Shown here: piece after piece, positions 52,501 through 64,000 of the stretch
How the letters are laid out: the number at the start of each line of letters is the position of its first letter
How positions within the stretch are numbered: position 1 is the stretch's first letter
From: Mantamonas sphyraenae STR306
Taxonomy: Eukaryota > Protista > CRuMs
DNA: 64,000 nucleotides
Assembly (NCBI GenBank): GCA_026936335.1
Contig: JAPMXV010000005.1
Span: forward strand, 186,001-250,000
Direction of reading: 5' to 3'
Made by a program: the position numbers and the translations under genes
The notes under the pieces: model-generated
Seen by the model: the letters and a program-made list of their open reading frames with translations, nothing else
The model's database searches: none
What the model was told of the DNA's origin: nothing

Positions 52501-53972
52501 CTGCGCACTTCGCTGTTGCCAATGCGGTACAGGCATCGCGGCTTCTGCCCACTCAGCACCTTTTTGAACACCTGCGCATAGTTGGCACACTCCAGGTACG
52601 GGTACTCTTGCGTAATCATCTCCAGCATGCTCATTCCAAACGCGTAAATGTCCACCTTGCTATCGTAGTTCTCGTCCAGCAACTCTGGCGCCATGAACTC
52701 CGGTGTGCCTGTGTGTGTGTGTGTGTGGGTGGGTGTGGGTGGGTGTGTTGATACATACCACGAGCGTGTGTGTGCGCATCTGTGTCAGTAATCCCTCTGC
52801 CATCCATACCACGCCTCTCTATGCGTCGCAAACAGCCAGGGCAAACGCTTTCCGCCTCATGCGCCGGATTCTCGTGAAAAAACGCGCTTTGCTCTTGTGC
52901 ATCGCCGCGTGGCCTTCCGCTGCAGGCCTTTGCCACTCCACACGCCCTCCCACATCCCGCTCAAATGTCTCCGGCACCCACTGTGCCTGTCCATGTCCAC
53001 TGCACCCTCCCAAGCCGCCTGCCAGCGCCTTTGTCCGGTGTTTTCGTCCTTTGCCCTCGCCTTCCTCTCTCAGCCGCCTCTCTTGGCTGCCTCACGAAAA
53101 AAAAACAAGAATGAACGTACCGATCACACTCTGCGCACGAGACTCGTGAATCTCCGAGCTGAGACCAAAGTCACCGATCTTGACGGAGCCGGAGGAGCCG
53201 TTGACAAAGATGTTCTCACACTTGAGATCACGGTGCACAATGGGCGGATTCAGGCCGTGCAGATACTTGAGACCCGACAGGATTTGGCGCGACCACTTCT
53301 TAATCACCTTTAGCTTGATCTGCGAGCCCTTTTTCTCCACGAAACTGTGCACAATGTACCTCTGCGTGTCAGTGTGTCTTTCGTCCGCTTCTTGCACGTC
53401 TGCAATCCGGCCGTTGCGCCTGTGTTTGCGCAGGGCTGCCTTCACTCCAAAAAAAACAGCCTCGCCGCGGCTAGAAAAGGGCCTACCTCTTCAGCGTGCC
53501 GCCTGCCATGATCTCGGTAATGAACACACAGACGTTGGCTGCCTCGTCGTACCAGCTGCCGTAGAAGTTGAGGATGTTCTCATGATCCAGCTGCTGCAGC
53601 AGGCGAATCTCCCTCACGATGCTGGCTTTCTCGTCCTCCGAAAAGCGGTCCAGCTTCACCTGGTTCCACGCCACCTCAATGCCCTCCTCCAGGTCCAGTG
53701 CCTTGTACACCACCTTGAAGGAGCCCTTGCCCAGCTGGACATCCAACTGTGTGATCCCGGTCGTGTGTGGATGGACCTCTGTGTCAGGATTTTCGTCCTC
53801 TTTGCCTCGCTCAACCCCACCCTCCGTTTTTGCCCGCCTACCTTCATGTACCGGCCCTTGGGATCGGTTTGAGTCTGTGTGTGTGCGGTCAGTGTGCGAT
53901 GGGTGCGGATCGCATGTGTGCCCGTGTCAGAGGAGATGCCGGTCCGTCGCCTGTGGGGCCGCAACGTACCAT
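49537..53972 (-). CDS. WNK: WNK (with-no-lysine) family Ser/Thr kinase, multi-exon, Q/N/S-rich C-terminus
   Basis: [69 protein letters not shown]; CCT-like [19 protein letters not shown]. Apparent frameshift at ~51985. Confidence 0.93.
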
Positions 53973-54206
53973 GGTGAGTGAAGGGGTTGGCTTGGGTTGC
54001 CCGTTGCACCCTTGCCCAATTCATTCATCGGAAACTCAACCCAGTGGCAACACACACTGCAGGTGTGTGATTCCGTGTGTGTGTCTCAACCAACTCGACC
54101 ATGGGACGTGTGGGGTTTGAAAAAACCATTCTGATCCACTTGTTCTGTTCTCTTGTCTCCCCCGACCCCCCTTTTGTCCTTCCCCTCCCATTCTACGAAC
54201 CACATT

Positions 54207-55539
54207 TTACGACTTGCGGATGAGACGACGTCCACCCTTGCCTGCTCGCGTGGGCTTCTTGAACGCAGGCTTCTTGGAAGCCACCTGTTCCGGGTGCAAT
54301 GCCTTGAGCAGCTCCTCCTGAGTCAGCTCGTTGCCCTCGGACACCTCCAGCTGAGTGTGTGAGTGTGTGAGTGTGTACGTGTGCCCTCTGTGTGTCAGTG
54401 TGCTTGAAGGATTGGGGAGCCGGGAGCAAGGCCTACCTTCTTGTCGGGGTTGCCTCCTGCAGCTTCGATGGACGACACAACGTTGCCCTTGCAGGTGGAG
54501 TACAGCATGCGCTCGCGAATCTTGGACGCCGTCGGGCAGCTGTACACAAACACTGTGGATGGTAGGCAATATGAGGGAATATGGGTGTGAGTGACGGCGA
54601 GCAAGCGTTTCTCCCCCCCCCCCCTTCCCCCTTTCAAATCAACAAAAACGTACGCAATGACTTGAATGACTCGCCCTCGTAATCGTGCTCGTATCGGTAC
54701 ACAATGTAAAGCGGCGACGACTCATCCACCTTGCCTTCCAGCTCCTCCACGGAGATGCTGCCCGTTTCCTTGAGCTCGATGCTTTCTGCATTGCTATCCA
54801 GGTTCTGTCATCCATACGGACACGTTGCCACTGTGTCAGTTCATACCCAGCCCTCACCCTCCCGTTCGTCGTCCAAAACTCACCAGCAGCACCAGGTTTG
54901 TCTTGGAATCGCCTCCCACACACGAAGCAAGTGCAGCCTGAGCATCGGAGCTCACTGGGAACGTCACAAAGTCACCCGAGCCTGCCGATGACGACACTTG
55001 CGCCGTTTGCTGAATGTGTGTCATGTTCGGCCATGCACAGTGCCTTGTCAGTGTTCTGAAATGAAGAGGGAAATTCTCGCGCTGAGGCAAAAGTCCCAAC
55101 ACCGGTCCTGTGCACATGCTCCACGCCACATCCCAACCCCCCACGCACGCGTTCAACAATGCATGGTTGTACGCGTGGGCCTGGAGACAGCGTAGCATAC
55201 GCATACACATTCTGGATCGGCCACTGGTTGCCATTGTTTTGGAAAATTGAAACAACCCACCTCGGTTTGCCACTGAATCTCTTCCGCCGTCAACGGCTTC
55301 TCCACGTCCTCCTTGTTCATGTCAAACAGGAAGCGGTCGTAGGCAAAGTCCGAGTGCTCAGTGCCGTACATGTTGTGGGCCAGCATGGAGCCCAGTCCCT
55401 TCTTCACCGTGTCCTTTGTGCTGGCGTACAGCATCCTTTCCTTGACCTGCGGTGTGTGGTGTGAGCGAGAGGCCGATGTCTGTGTGGGATTGTGTGTGCA
55501 TGCGTGTGTGACGCGTGCAAAGTAGTGGAACGGATGTGC

Positions 55540-55573
<34 letters not shown>

Positions 55574-55928
55574 GCAGGTCAAAGGGGAGGATTTCTTCAT
55601 CGAGCATCATCGGCGGCGGTGAGAAACGTACGCGGGAACCATCGGGCACCCAGGTCAGCATGGACCAGTTCCACTCGCCCTCTACGTTCTTGTCGTCCAG
55701 GCGCACCACAATGTATGCAGGGATGCACTTTTCCATGGCGTTGAGCACGGCCAGCCAGTCGTTTTCCAAGTCGCCTTCGGCCTTGCCCTTGTGTGTCACC
55801 TTGAGCACGGGGGTGTCACTTGTCACGTCGTCCAGCTCCACCTTGAAGAAGCGAAACTCGTCCGAGGTGCGCATGGAGCCCACTTCACCCTGCAATTCAC
55901 TGTTGAATTCGATACCACCAATCGACAT
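54207..55928 (-). CDS. TWF: Twinfilin (two ADF-H domains plus basic tail), multi-exon
   Basis: TWVPDGSR|VKERMLYASTKDTVKKGLG, KPLTAEE, VFVYSCPTASKIRERMLYSTCK, tail FKKPTRAGKGGRRL. Confidence 0.92.
55544..55572. repeat. (TG)n microsatellite; similar tracts lie in many introns and spacers (e.g. ~41300-41320, ~49515-49533, ~52710-52727, ~57585-57615)
   Basis: Direct dinucleotide repeat. Confidence 0.9.
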
Positions 55929-56130
55929 GGCCGTGTGTGCGTGTTTGTTGTGCGTTCGCACGTGCAACCGCCCTGTGACACTGGAGCGAGCACCCACGTG
56001 GCATGAAGCGAGTGTCAAAGGTGCTTGGGTGCCCCATCAGAGTGCAGGTGTTGCATTGGGATTCATCCAACTCCATCCAACCCCATCTCTCCACGTCCTG
56101 CCTCTCGTCCCTCTCCCAGGCATTCCCACG

Positions 56131-57084
56131 TCATCGCAACTGTGCTGCATCCAACATCTCATCGTCGTCGTCATCATCATCGCCTGCCACGGTGACGTAG
56201 GCCACCGAGGGCACCCGTGCGCCGTCGTCGAGTTCCAGCAGTGCTTGTGTTTTGGGCACCCGTCGCATCATCCACACCACAATGGCGTTGGGCAACACGT
56301 CCACGAGCACAAAGTACGGCCCCAGTTCTGTAAAGTCCTGCATTGTGGACGCTGCGTTCCAATCCATGTCGCTGGTGAGGGCCAGCGGCGACAGGTGAAA
56401 GTACGCCGTGTTGAGGATGTGTGCTGCACGCACAATCAGGGCGGTGGTCACAATGAAACTCACCACGCCCACGAAACGGATGGCGTTGCCGCGTTTGTGC
56501 AGCTCCTCGCTCATGCTGCGCAGCAGCCAGACGATGCGTGCCCCGTACACGAGAAACACGGCAGCGGCGGCAAAGAACAGAAATGCGTAGTAGTCCAGAA
56601 ACACAACGGCAATGACATCGATGCTGTGTGGGAGCATGAAGAGGAGGATGGTGATGAATGCGGCCACCGTGTACGCAAGCAACTCCGTAATGAGCACCAC
56701 TCGCCGCAACGCAGGCAGGGAGAAGCGACGGCCACGCATGGCGTGGTACAACTCGATCCAATAGCTGACAATGCGAAGGTAGGTGCTGAAGAAGAGCACC
56801 TCACACGTGGTGAGCAGCGCAAATCGTGGCACTGTTGCAACACCCTGAAAGTGCCACAGGATGAAGAACACCGCACGCAGCATAGTGTACAGCGTGTTGA
56901 ACACGTGAAACAGCTTCTGTGTGCTCCATCGTTTCACCGCAGAGTGGATTCGCCACAACAGGCCTGCTGACGACAGCGAGAGCAGGCCGTATGAGATGGG
57001 CAACACATAGAACGTCACCACCGCCAGTGCGCCTCCTCCACTCAGCGATGCCGCACCTGCACTCGTCGTCGTCGTTGTCCACAT
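56131..57084 (-). CDS. TOM1/THH1/GPR137-like 7-TM protein
   Basis: WSTQKLFHVF..LYTMLRAVFF, VLFFSTYLRIVSYWIELYH, FLVYGARI, YFVLVDVLPNAIVVWMMRRVP. Confidence 0.85.
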   Translation of the reverse strand: MWTTTTTSAGAASLSGGGALAVVTFYVLPISYGLLSLSSAGLLWRIHSAVKRWSTQKLFHVFNTLYTMLRAVFFILWHFQGVATVPRFALLTTCEVLFFSTYLRIVSYWIELYHAMRGRRFSLPALRRVVLITELLAYTVAAFITILLFMLPHSIDVIAVVFLDYYAFLFFAAAAVFLVYGARIVWLLRSMSEELHKRGNAIRFVGVVSFIVTTALIVRAAHILNTAYFHLSPLALTSDMDWNAASTMQDFTELGPYFVLVDVLPNAIVVWMMRRVPKTQALLELDDGARVPSVAYVTVAGDDDDDDDEMLDAAQLR

Positions 57085-57221
57085 GCCTGTTTGCACTTGT
57101 ACAAGACAGTCCTGCGCACAACACACAACAATTGGCCTGCGGTGCGCGTGCGCAGCGGGTGCAAATCAAAGCGCACGCATCAACACCGCAACCGAATCCT
57201 CACGTGTCTTTTCCTTCCTTC

Positions 57222-58184
57222 ATGTCACGACGTGTGCGCAACATTGCACCGACCACTGCAGGGCGGACGGTGCAGGCGAGTGGGAACACAAACAACAACG
57301 CGGGTGCCTCAGGGGCGTCTGGGGAGGAAGCAGTCAACTACAGCGCCATGGTGGATCCCAAAGTGCAGGAGGCGTACGACAAGGCACGAAGGCTGGTGTC
57401 CCGCCTCCAGAACGACCTGGCCTCTTGGGATGCAAACCAAAACTCCTCGGAGCCACAGAACATGGAGGAGCAGGAGAGCGACATGCGCAGCAACCTCAAG
57501 CTCCTAGGACAGTACATCCAGGATGTGCAGGCACTGCTTGCCCTGGAAGCTGACGTGCGCCGTGACGCATGGCACAAGTGAGTGCACACACGCACACACG
57601 CACACACACACACACTCATCCACACACAGACGCGCGCGCACACGTGTCGCGCTCGAATTCTCCGTGCGTCATTTTCCGCCCCCGGCACAGCCAGAATCTG
57701 ACATCCCATCGAAACACGACGCAGCAAAATGACACAACTCATCGAACAGGAGCGCTTCCTGCACAACTCACTGGCACGAAGGCAACTGGACAGCGAGCCA
57801 AGCGGGTCGCAAGGACCGTGGGAGGAAAACGGCCCTGAGAATGACGAGGAGGACGACGAACGCAGTATGCTGCTATCTGGAGCCGAGGACAGGAAGTTGG
57901 CAGCCACGTTGTATGAGCAGAAACAGTCGCTGAGTCGTTCCGAACGCTATGTGGACGACTTTCTGAAAATGGGTGCGCAGGCACTGCAGAACCTGACTGA
58001 CCAGCGGGAATCGTTGGGTCGAGCCAACCGCAGTCGCATCAACATCAACCAAATGTTGGGATTGAGCAACTCATTGCTGCGCATGATTGAACGCCGCAAC
58101 TGGGAAGACCGGCTCCTCATTGGTGCTTGCCTTTTCTTTGTCGTCTTTGTCATTGGCTTCCTCGTCTGGCTGTGGCGCATGTGA
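57222..58184 (+). CDS. Golgi/ER Qb-SNARE (membrin/GOSR2/Bos1-like)
   Basis: SNARE motif EQKQSLSRSERYVDDFLKMGAQALQNLTDQRESL...LGLSNSLLRMIERRNWEDRL plus a C-terminal TM. Intron ~57577-57690; apparent extra C at ~57706. Confidence 0.88.
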
Positions 58185-58248
58185 TTGCCAAAGCAGGGTC
58201 CTTTCCAGGTGCAAATTTTTCATTCAATTTTCCCCTTCCCGGCGGGAC

Positions 58249-60717
58249 TCACCACCAACTGCCACCGAAAAGCAGTGATGTGGCTGCTGCCTCCGCCCCT
58301 CCTCCTCCTCCTCCTCCTCCCGCTCTCCCACCAGCTGCTGGGGCTGTGTAATGGACGGTGGGACAGCGCACACACGGTTTGCGTGTGGCCATGGTGTACA
58401 AAGTAAACAGGACGAGCAGGTGCAGGAGCACGGCGTAGAAAAACACAAACATCCTCGCTCGCTTGCTGCCCATCACCAGCCGACCCGTTGTCAGCGTCAC
58501 CTTTTCCGCCGTGTTCAGGTTTCCGTACCGCTTTTGCTTCTCCTGCTTGCTGAACTCTGTAAACGGGTTCACGCTGCGTTCGTACAGCTGGGCATACCTT
58601 GACTCTGTGTCACGCGCACGCACCCCCGCACCTGCCTCTGCGTTCGAAAGCATCGACCCAGACACAGCCGACGATGATGATGTTGATGATGACAAGGACG
58701 ATGACCCTGCCATCCCCCCACTGCCTCCCTCTCCCTGCTTCGGGTTGCCGTAGTTCTCCAGAAACTTGATCTTTTCGTACAGGTGCACATTGTCTTGCTC
58801 CAACGCCTCAATCTGACTCTCCTTGCTTCCCAGCATGCTGCGCAGGCCACGTGACTCGCTTTCCAGCTCAAACATCCGCGTGCGGAACCGGTCTCGTTGG
58901 TTGCACACCGCACGCAGCATCGACGCCTCACTCGTCCCGGGATCCTCAGGGTCGGGTCCGTTTGCCGTCTCTGTCGACGTCACCTGGTGCTTGCCTGCTC
59001 CCGATTCCCCTCCTGTCGAATCTTTCCCGCCTGCTGTGTGTGCCGGCACCGACCCTCGCTGCCCGCTTGCAAGATCCTCCTCCAACGAGGCAACCAGCTG
59101 CTTCTGCTCCTCCAGCTCCTGTCGAATCTGTGTCACGTTGCTCTCCAGTCTTTCCACCTCCCCTCGCAGCTCCCCATTCTTCAACCGCAGCGTGGTCAGC
59201 TCCGATGCCTGGGCCCTGTTCTTTTGCACCAGCAAGCGGTGCAACTCGTCTGCTGCTTCGTCGCCCCCGTCGCCTCCCCCGCCCTTTCCATCCGACCCCC
59301 CAGCCCCTTCCTCCTCCTCCTCGTCCCATTGGTCGTATTCCACCGTTTGCAGCATGCGAATCCGTTGTTTCAGCTTGTCCACCGTCTCCTGCGTCGGTCT
59401 TCCTCGCAACTCCTCTTCCAACCCCGCCACTTTCCCCTTCAACTTCTCCTGTGTCTCCTGTGCCTGCCTTCGTTCCCGTTCCATGATCTCTTCTGCCTCC
59501 ATCAGCTTCCCCTGCATCCGAGTCAAGCTGTTTTCGCTTGCATCCAGTTGTCGCTCCAGTTCGCTCACTCGGCCTCCGTCCTCCCCCCGCTCTCCTCCCA
59601 CCATGTCCTCCATCCCTTCCTCCTGTTCCCTCTCCGTGTTCCCATCCATCCCTGTGTGTCTTCCACCCGCCCTTCCCTGTCCCACAGTCCTCCCCTCGGC
59701 TGCCTTGGCCTTTGCCACCGCCAATTCCTCTTCCAACTGTGCCACACGGAACTTGGCCCGTCGCAGGTCCGCATCCACAAGCTCCCGTTCCGACGATCCA
59801 GCCTCCATCTTTTCCTTCCACTCACTCTTCACTTCGTACAGTGCCTGCTGTGCCTGGTCACGTGCCGTCTCTGCTGCGCTCACTTTGTTTCGCAGTTCCG
59901 CCATCTGCCGCTCCAGCTCCTTCTCCCGCCCAGCAACCTCCCCACGCACCTCTCTCACCTCCACCTCCACCTCCTGCCGCCTCTCTGCCAGCCTTGCTTC
60001 CACCATCGCCTCCAGCTCCTTTTCATACCCGTCCAACTTGGCCTGCAGGCCACGAATAGTTACCTCCTGCGATTTCAACTCCCGAAACTCCGCCAAATAC
60101 TCTTGAATCTGTGCCTGCAGCCCTGCGTTCTCCTCCTTCACCCTACGCAGTTCCTCACCTTTCCCCTGTTCCTTCTGTGTGCGTCACCCCCCCCCCCCAC
60201 CCCCGCGGTGTACCATGCATGCATGTGTGCCCCACACCAAATCGGGGTCAGTTTCCCGCCTTGGACCCTTTCCCACTTCTCGTCCCCTTACCTGTGCCTC
60301 TGCCAGCCCATGCACCGGATCCACAGCGTCATTCAACGCTGCATACAGGGTCAGAAACGCCTTTTCCGCGTGTTTGCTTCGCTTCTGCATGGCACTGATC
60401 TCGTTCTGGTACGCCTTCACCAACCCGTCGACCTGATCTCGCTGTTCGTTCTCTTCCAATCCCTTGAATTCCTTTGTGCGTCCAATCAACTCTTTCTTCG
60501 ACGCCATCGTGCGTTCCTTCCACTCTGCAATCTGCATCGCCTGTTGGTCCAGCTCCTCCCGCTGTCCATCCAGGTTGATTTCTGTCGTCGCCGTGTGTCA
60601 GTGTCCGTCAGCCTCCCTCCCCTTCCCGTGCTGCAACCCCTCTCCCCCTCTCTTTCCACACCTACTCTTCCATTGGCTCAATACAGCATCCAAATCCACC
60701 GTGGATGACGCAGACAT
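58249..60717 (-). CDS. CASP: Golgin CASP / Coy1 (CUX1 N-terminal plus CASP C-terminal domain), multi-exon
   Basis: LVKAYQNEISAMQKRSKHAEKAFLTLY..L..AVDP; VCNQRDRFR; LEQDNVHLYEKIKFL; YERSVNPFTEF; TM FFYAVLLHLLVLFTLY. Confidence 0.93.
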
Positions 60718-60850
60718 GATGAACACCCGTTTTTGTTGGCTGGGAGCGGGACATCCCTGCCACTTCCACCTCCCCCCACCCCTCCCCCACACACAACACA
60801 CCACATTTCATCCTCTCCTCCTCCTCCTCCCCCCGCCCCTACCAACCTTC

Positions 60851-63730
60851 TCATCCCTCGGTTCGCTTCTTGCGTGGTGCCAGTCGACGGTTGCGTCGCT
60901 GTCGTTCTGCCTCCTCCGCCTCTTCTTCGATGCGCTTGACGCGTGCCTTGCTGTTGGGCAGCTTGGCTTTGAACTTGAGGTACGCCTCCTTTTCGTCCTT
61001 GATGGCCACCTTGGCCATCTGTTCCACAAACTCGCTGGTCTGCAACGCCTCCTCGTCCAGTTTCTTGCGTCGCGAGGGTGTGAGCACACGCGCAATCACA
61101 TCCGCCACGTGACCCGACGAGAAGCCCGCCGACAGCGTGGCCAGTGTCTGGCAATCCATTTGCAGGAGCAGCCGTTGGTTGGCCAGCGACTTGTGCAGCA
61201 GGCGCTTCCACAGGGTCACGCGCGAGGCGTAATCCGGCGCCGCAAACTCGTAGTACTTCTGGAACAGATTGTTGCAACTCTTGGTCTCCAGATCCTGCGG
61301 CCGGTTGGTGTTGGCAATCACCACAATGCGTTCGCCACGCACCATCTTCTTCAACACACTCGCCAACGGCTTCTTCAGCTTGGCCGCGTGTGCCGCTCCC
61401 GCACGCCGCCTCTTCTTCTTGCTGCCAAACACCTTTTCCGCCTCGTCCACGTAAATCACCGCCGGCTGCCTCTCCCTGGCCACCTTGTAGACCATGTTGA
61501 CCAGCTGCTTGGCCGCCGCCGCGCCGGCCACCTTGCCCTGCAGCACCGACGGCGACAGGTTGAAGAACGTGGCGCCCAGTTCGTTGGCCACCGCGTGCGA
61601 CAGCAGCGACTTGCCACTGCGCGGCGGTCCGTACATCATCACCGCACGCGTGTGTGCACTGTGCAGGTGCACGTGTGGCGAGGCCATGGGGAACAGCACG
61701 TCTTCGGTCACCACCCGTCGCAAATCGGCCATCGACGGCGTCGGTTCCAACTCACGTGACACCGTGTTGTTGCCCAAATAGTGGGGATCCCCCAACAGGT
61801 CGCGCACATGCACGTCGTCCGGAATCTGCAGCACCCCGTACAACACCAGCTCCGTCACCTCTGCACTCACATCCTTTGGCAACAACCCACGCATCGGATC
61901 CTTCGTCCGCTTCTTCTTCTTGCGTCGTCGCCGCCTCTCACCCTGACCCGACCCATCCCTGCTGCTGGCCCCGCGCCGCGGCGATCGCGATCGCGAGCGC
62001 GACCGTCGCCCTCCGCGTGCACTGCTGCTGCCACTGCCGCTGCCGCTGCCCTTGCCCTTCTTCTTCTTCTTCCGCTTCGCCTTGCGTTCCTTGTCAAACT
62101 TCTTCTTCCATGCCGACAGCTCCACCTTGAGTGCCTCGTCCATCTGCTGGCGAATCTCCCACTCGATGTCCGGCATCAGTTCCTGCCTCACCAGCGTGTC
62201 GTCCCGCCGCTGCTTCATGTTGTTCTCGTCGTCATAGTCCATCCACACCTCTTTGAACTGCCGCGTGTGCTTCTCCAACCGCTCCTTTGCCTGGTGCCTC
62301 GAGAATCCCGGCGGCGGCCTCGCGTTCTCCTCGTCCTTCTTTGAACGCCGCGACGAAAACACACCTGCCGACGCCGCCGCCTTGGCACGCTTCTCCTTCT
62401 TCTTTTCCTCCTCCGTCTTGCCCTTCTTCTTCTTCTTCTTCTTCTTCAACCGCGCCGCAATCAGCAACTCCTCGTCCTCGTCCTTCGGCGGCGGCTCCAC
62501 CCCGGCCCACGCCGCCGTTCCCTTAAACTCTGGAAACTTCTTGCCTCCCCCGTCCAAGTCTCGCAGCACATAGCTGACTGCAAACTGGTGGATTTCCTCC
62601 CGCATCCCGGGTCCCTCGTGTTCCAGGATCCGTTCCCGAATGCTGTCCTTCGCCTGCTCGTAATCCTCCCTGTTCGCCACCACCTGTGCACGCATCTCCT
62701 CCCTACGTTCGTTTTCCACCCTCTTCAACTGCCAGTATAGCGTGTCATCCGACTCTTGCATCCCGATAAACTCAAACTCGTTCTCGCGCAGCCTTGACAC
62801 CTGCTTCCGCGCCAACGTCCCTCGGATCATCCGCTGGATGCTGATGGCTGCAATCTCCTGGTCCATTTCAGGCTCTTCCGCCTCCATGGCTCGTCGTTCG
62901 TTCTCCTCAATCTGCTTCAACTCCCGCATGTTGCGGAAGCGCAGGCGGCCCTGACGCGCTCGCTCTGCCTTTTGTACAATCAGAAGGGCCTCGTCCAGGC
63001 TCATTGCATCCCTGTCCGCCTCTTCTGCCAGCGGGTCCTGGAATTGGTCCTTCAGCATCGCCACCTCCTGCTGGTGTAGCATGATCTCTTCCCGATTCGC
63101 AACCGCGCAAAACCGCGGTGGCGGCAGCTCCAATGCCTCGGGCGTCAGGTGCAGATCCAACAAAGCGGCGTCAAAGTCCACATACTCTGTCAGGTATTCC
63201 TCCACCAGTTCCTGCGATGCGGGGCAATCCCACCGTGTCAGTCACCGCGCCAGAACCACCCAAAGTGGCCGTTCCAGCCGTTTTTTGGCGCGCTCACCTC
63301 TTTCAGTTCCAGCACACGGCTCATTGTGTTTTCCAGCACCTTTTGAAGCAGCTGTCGCTTCTGAGGGTGCACCATTTGGTCGTATGCGTCTTCCAACCGC
63401 CTGTAGATATCCACATAGCGCACATATAGGACAATTGTAAAGTGTTGCTTTTCGGCTTTGCTCTGTGTGTGTTCGTCGTCGCCTGGTCAGTGTCACCTCC
63501 CTTGCCATCGTACACCCACCCATCCATCTCCTCACTCTCCCATCCCCAACCTACCGCATGTTTCAGCGATGCCACCTCGTGTTCCTCCTCGTGCAGTTGG
63601 TCCATGATGTCCACCATCGTGTCCTTCCACAGCGAGTTGTACGTTCTGTGTGGTGCATGCGTGAGTGTGAGTATGTGCATGGATCCTCTAGTGTCCTTCC
63701 ATTCACACTATGTTCGTACAGATGGCTCAT
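60851..63730 (-). CDS. IQCA1: IQ and AAA domain-containing protein (IQCA1/DRC11, nexin-dynein regulatory complex), multi-exon
   Basis: MSHL|TYNSLWKD; YRRLEDAYDQMVHPQKRQLL...RVLELK; IVQKAERARQGRLR; IQ motif IQRMIRGTLAR; Walker A GPPRSGKS; Walker B VIYVDEAE. Confidence 0.93.
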
Positions 63731-63845
63731 CTTGCCCAAATTGCTTCTTTGTTTGTCTTGTCCATCGCACCATCCAACACAGCATCCCTCTTCTGTTCCA
63801 TCGCTTCCACCTTTTGTTGCCTCCTGTCCAATCATCATCATTTCA

Positions 63846-64000
63846 TCATTGCAATCGGTCGAGGGCCTCGCGCTTGCGACGCCAACGCCAGCGCAAGGAG
63901 CCGTTCTTGACCCTGCGTGTGCTCTCGTCCGTCTCCAGGTCCAGGGAGTCCAGGACGTCGTACACCCCATCCAGGGTCTTGAGATAGTCGGCAAAGTGCT
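63846..64000 (-). CDS. 3' end of an unidentified gene continuing beyond the right edge
   Basis: Open frame with coding-like codon use: HFADYLKTLDGVYDVLDSLDLETDESTRRVK...LQ*. Confidence 0.45.
   Translation of the reverse strand, partial: HFADYLKTLDGVYDVLDSLDLETDESTRRVKNGSLRWRWRRKREALDRLQ

Noticed and set aside
1-64000. Alternative genetic code or stop-codon readthrough
   Set aside because: TAA (SEC61A, SerB), TAG (RAD54-like) and TGA (several genes) all end proteins at plausible C-termini; interruptions are explained by introns or indels.

Overview
Gene-dense nuclear DNA from a eukaryotic microbe. It uses the standard genetic code, has short GT-AG introns rich in (CA)n/C tracts, and has intergenic gaps often under 130 bp. 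About 20 protein-coding genes are present: a secreted PQQ-like propeller protein (partial), an ankyrin/LRR protein, two paralogous giant IPT/Ig/Cys-rich multipass membrane proteins, ARPC4, SEC61A, a coiled-coil protein with four near-identical ~66-aa repeats, a Kv-beta-type aldo-keto reductase, a RAD54-like helicase, a JmjC demethylase, phosphoserine phosphatase, a DUF4485/CEP112-like protein, an SLC19 carrier, a tandem double hybrid histidine kinase, WNK, twinfilin, a TOM1/GPR137-like protein, a membrin-type SNARE, CASP/COY1 and IQCA1/DRC11. Main finding 1: three identical, solitary 5S rRNA genes lie between protein genes. They share upstream motifs at fixed positions (GGTCGCAAGTG at about -69..-59, TGTA at -30..-27, AAGTA at -5..-1). 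Two also carry a downstream hairpin, and each points into a G-to-C strand-skew inversion. Main finding 2: a two-module membrane histidine kinase whose halves have lost complementary catalytic motifs. Several 1-2 nt frameshifts, including in ARPC4, look like assembly indel errors. All calls come from reading the sequence by eye; no searches were run.
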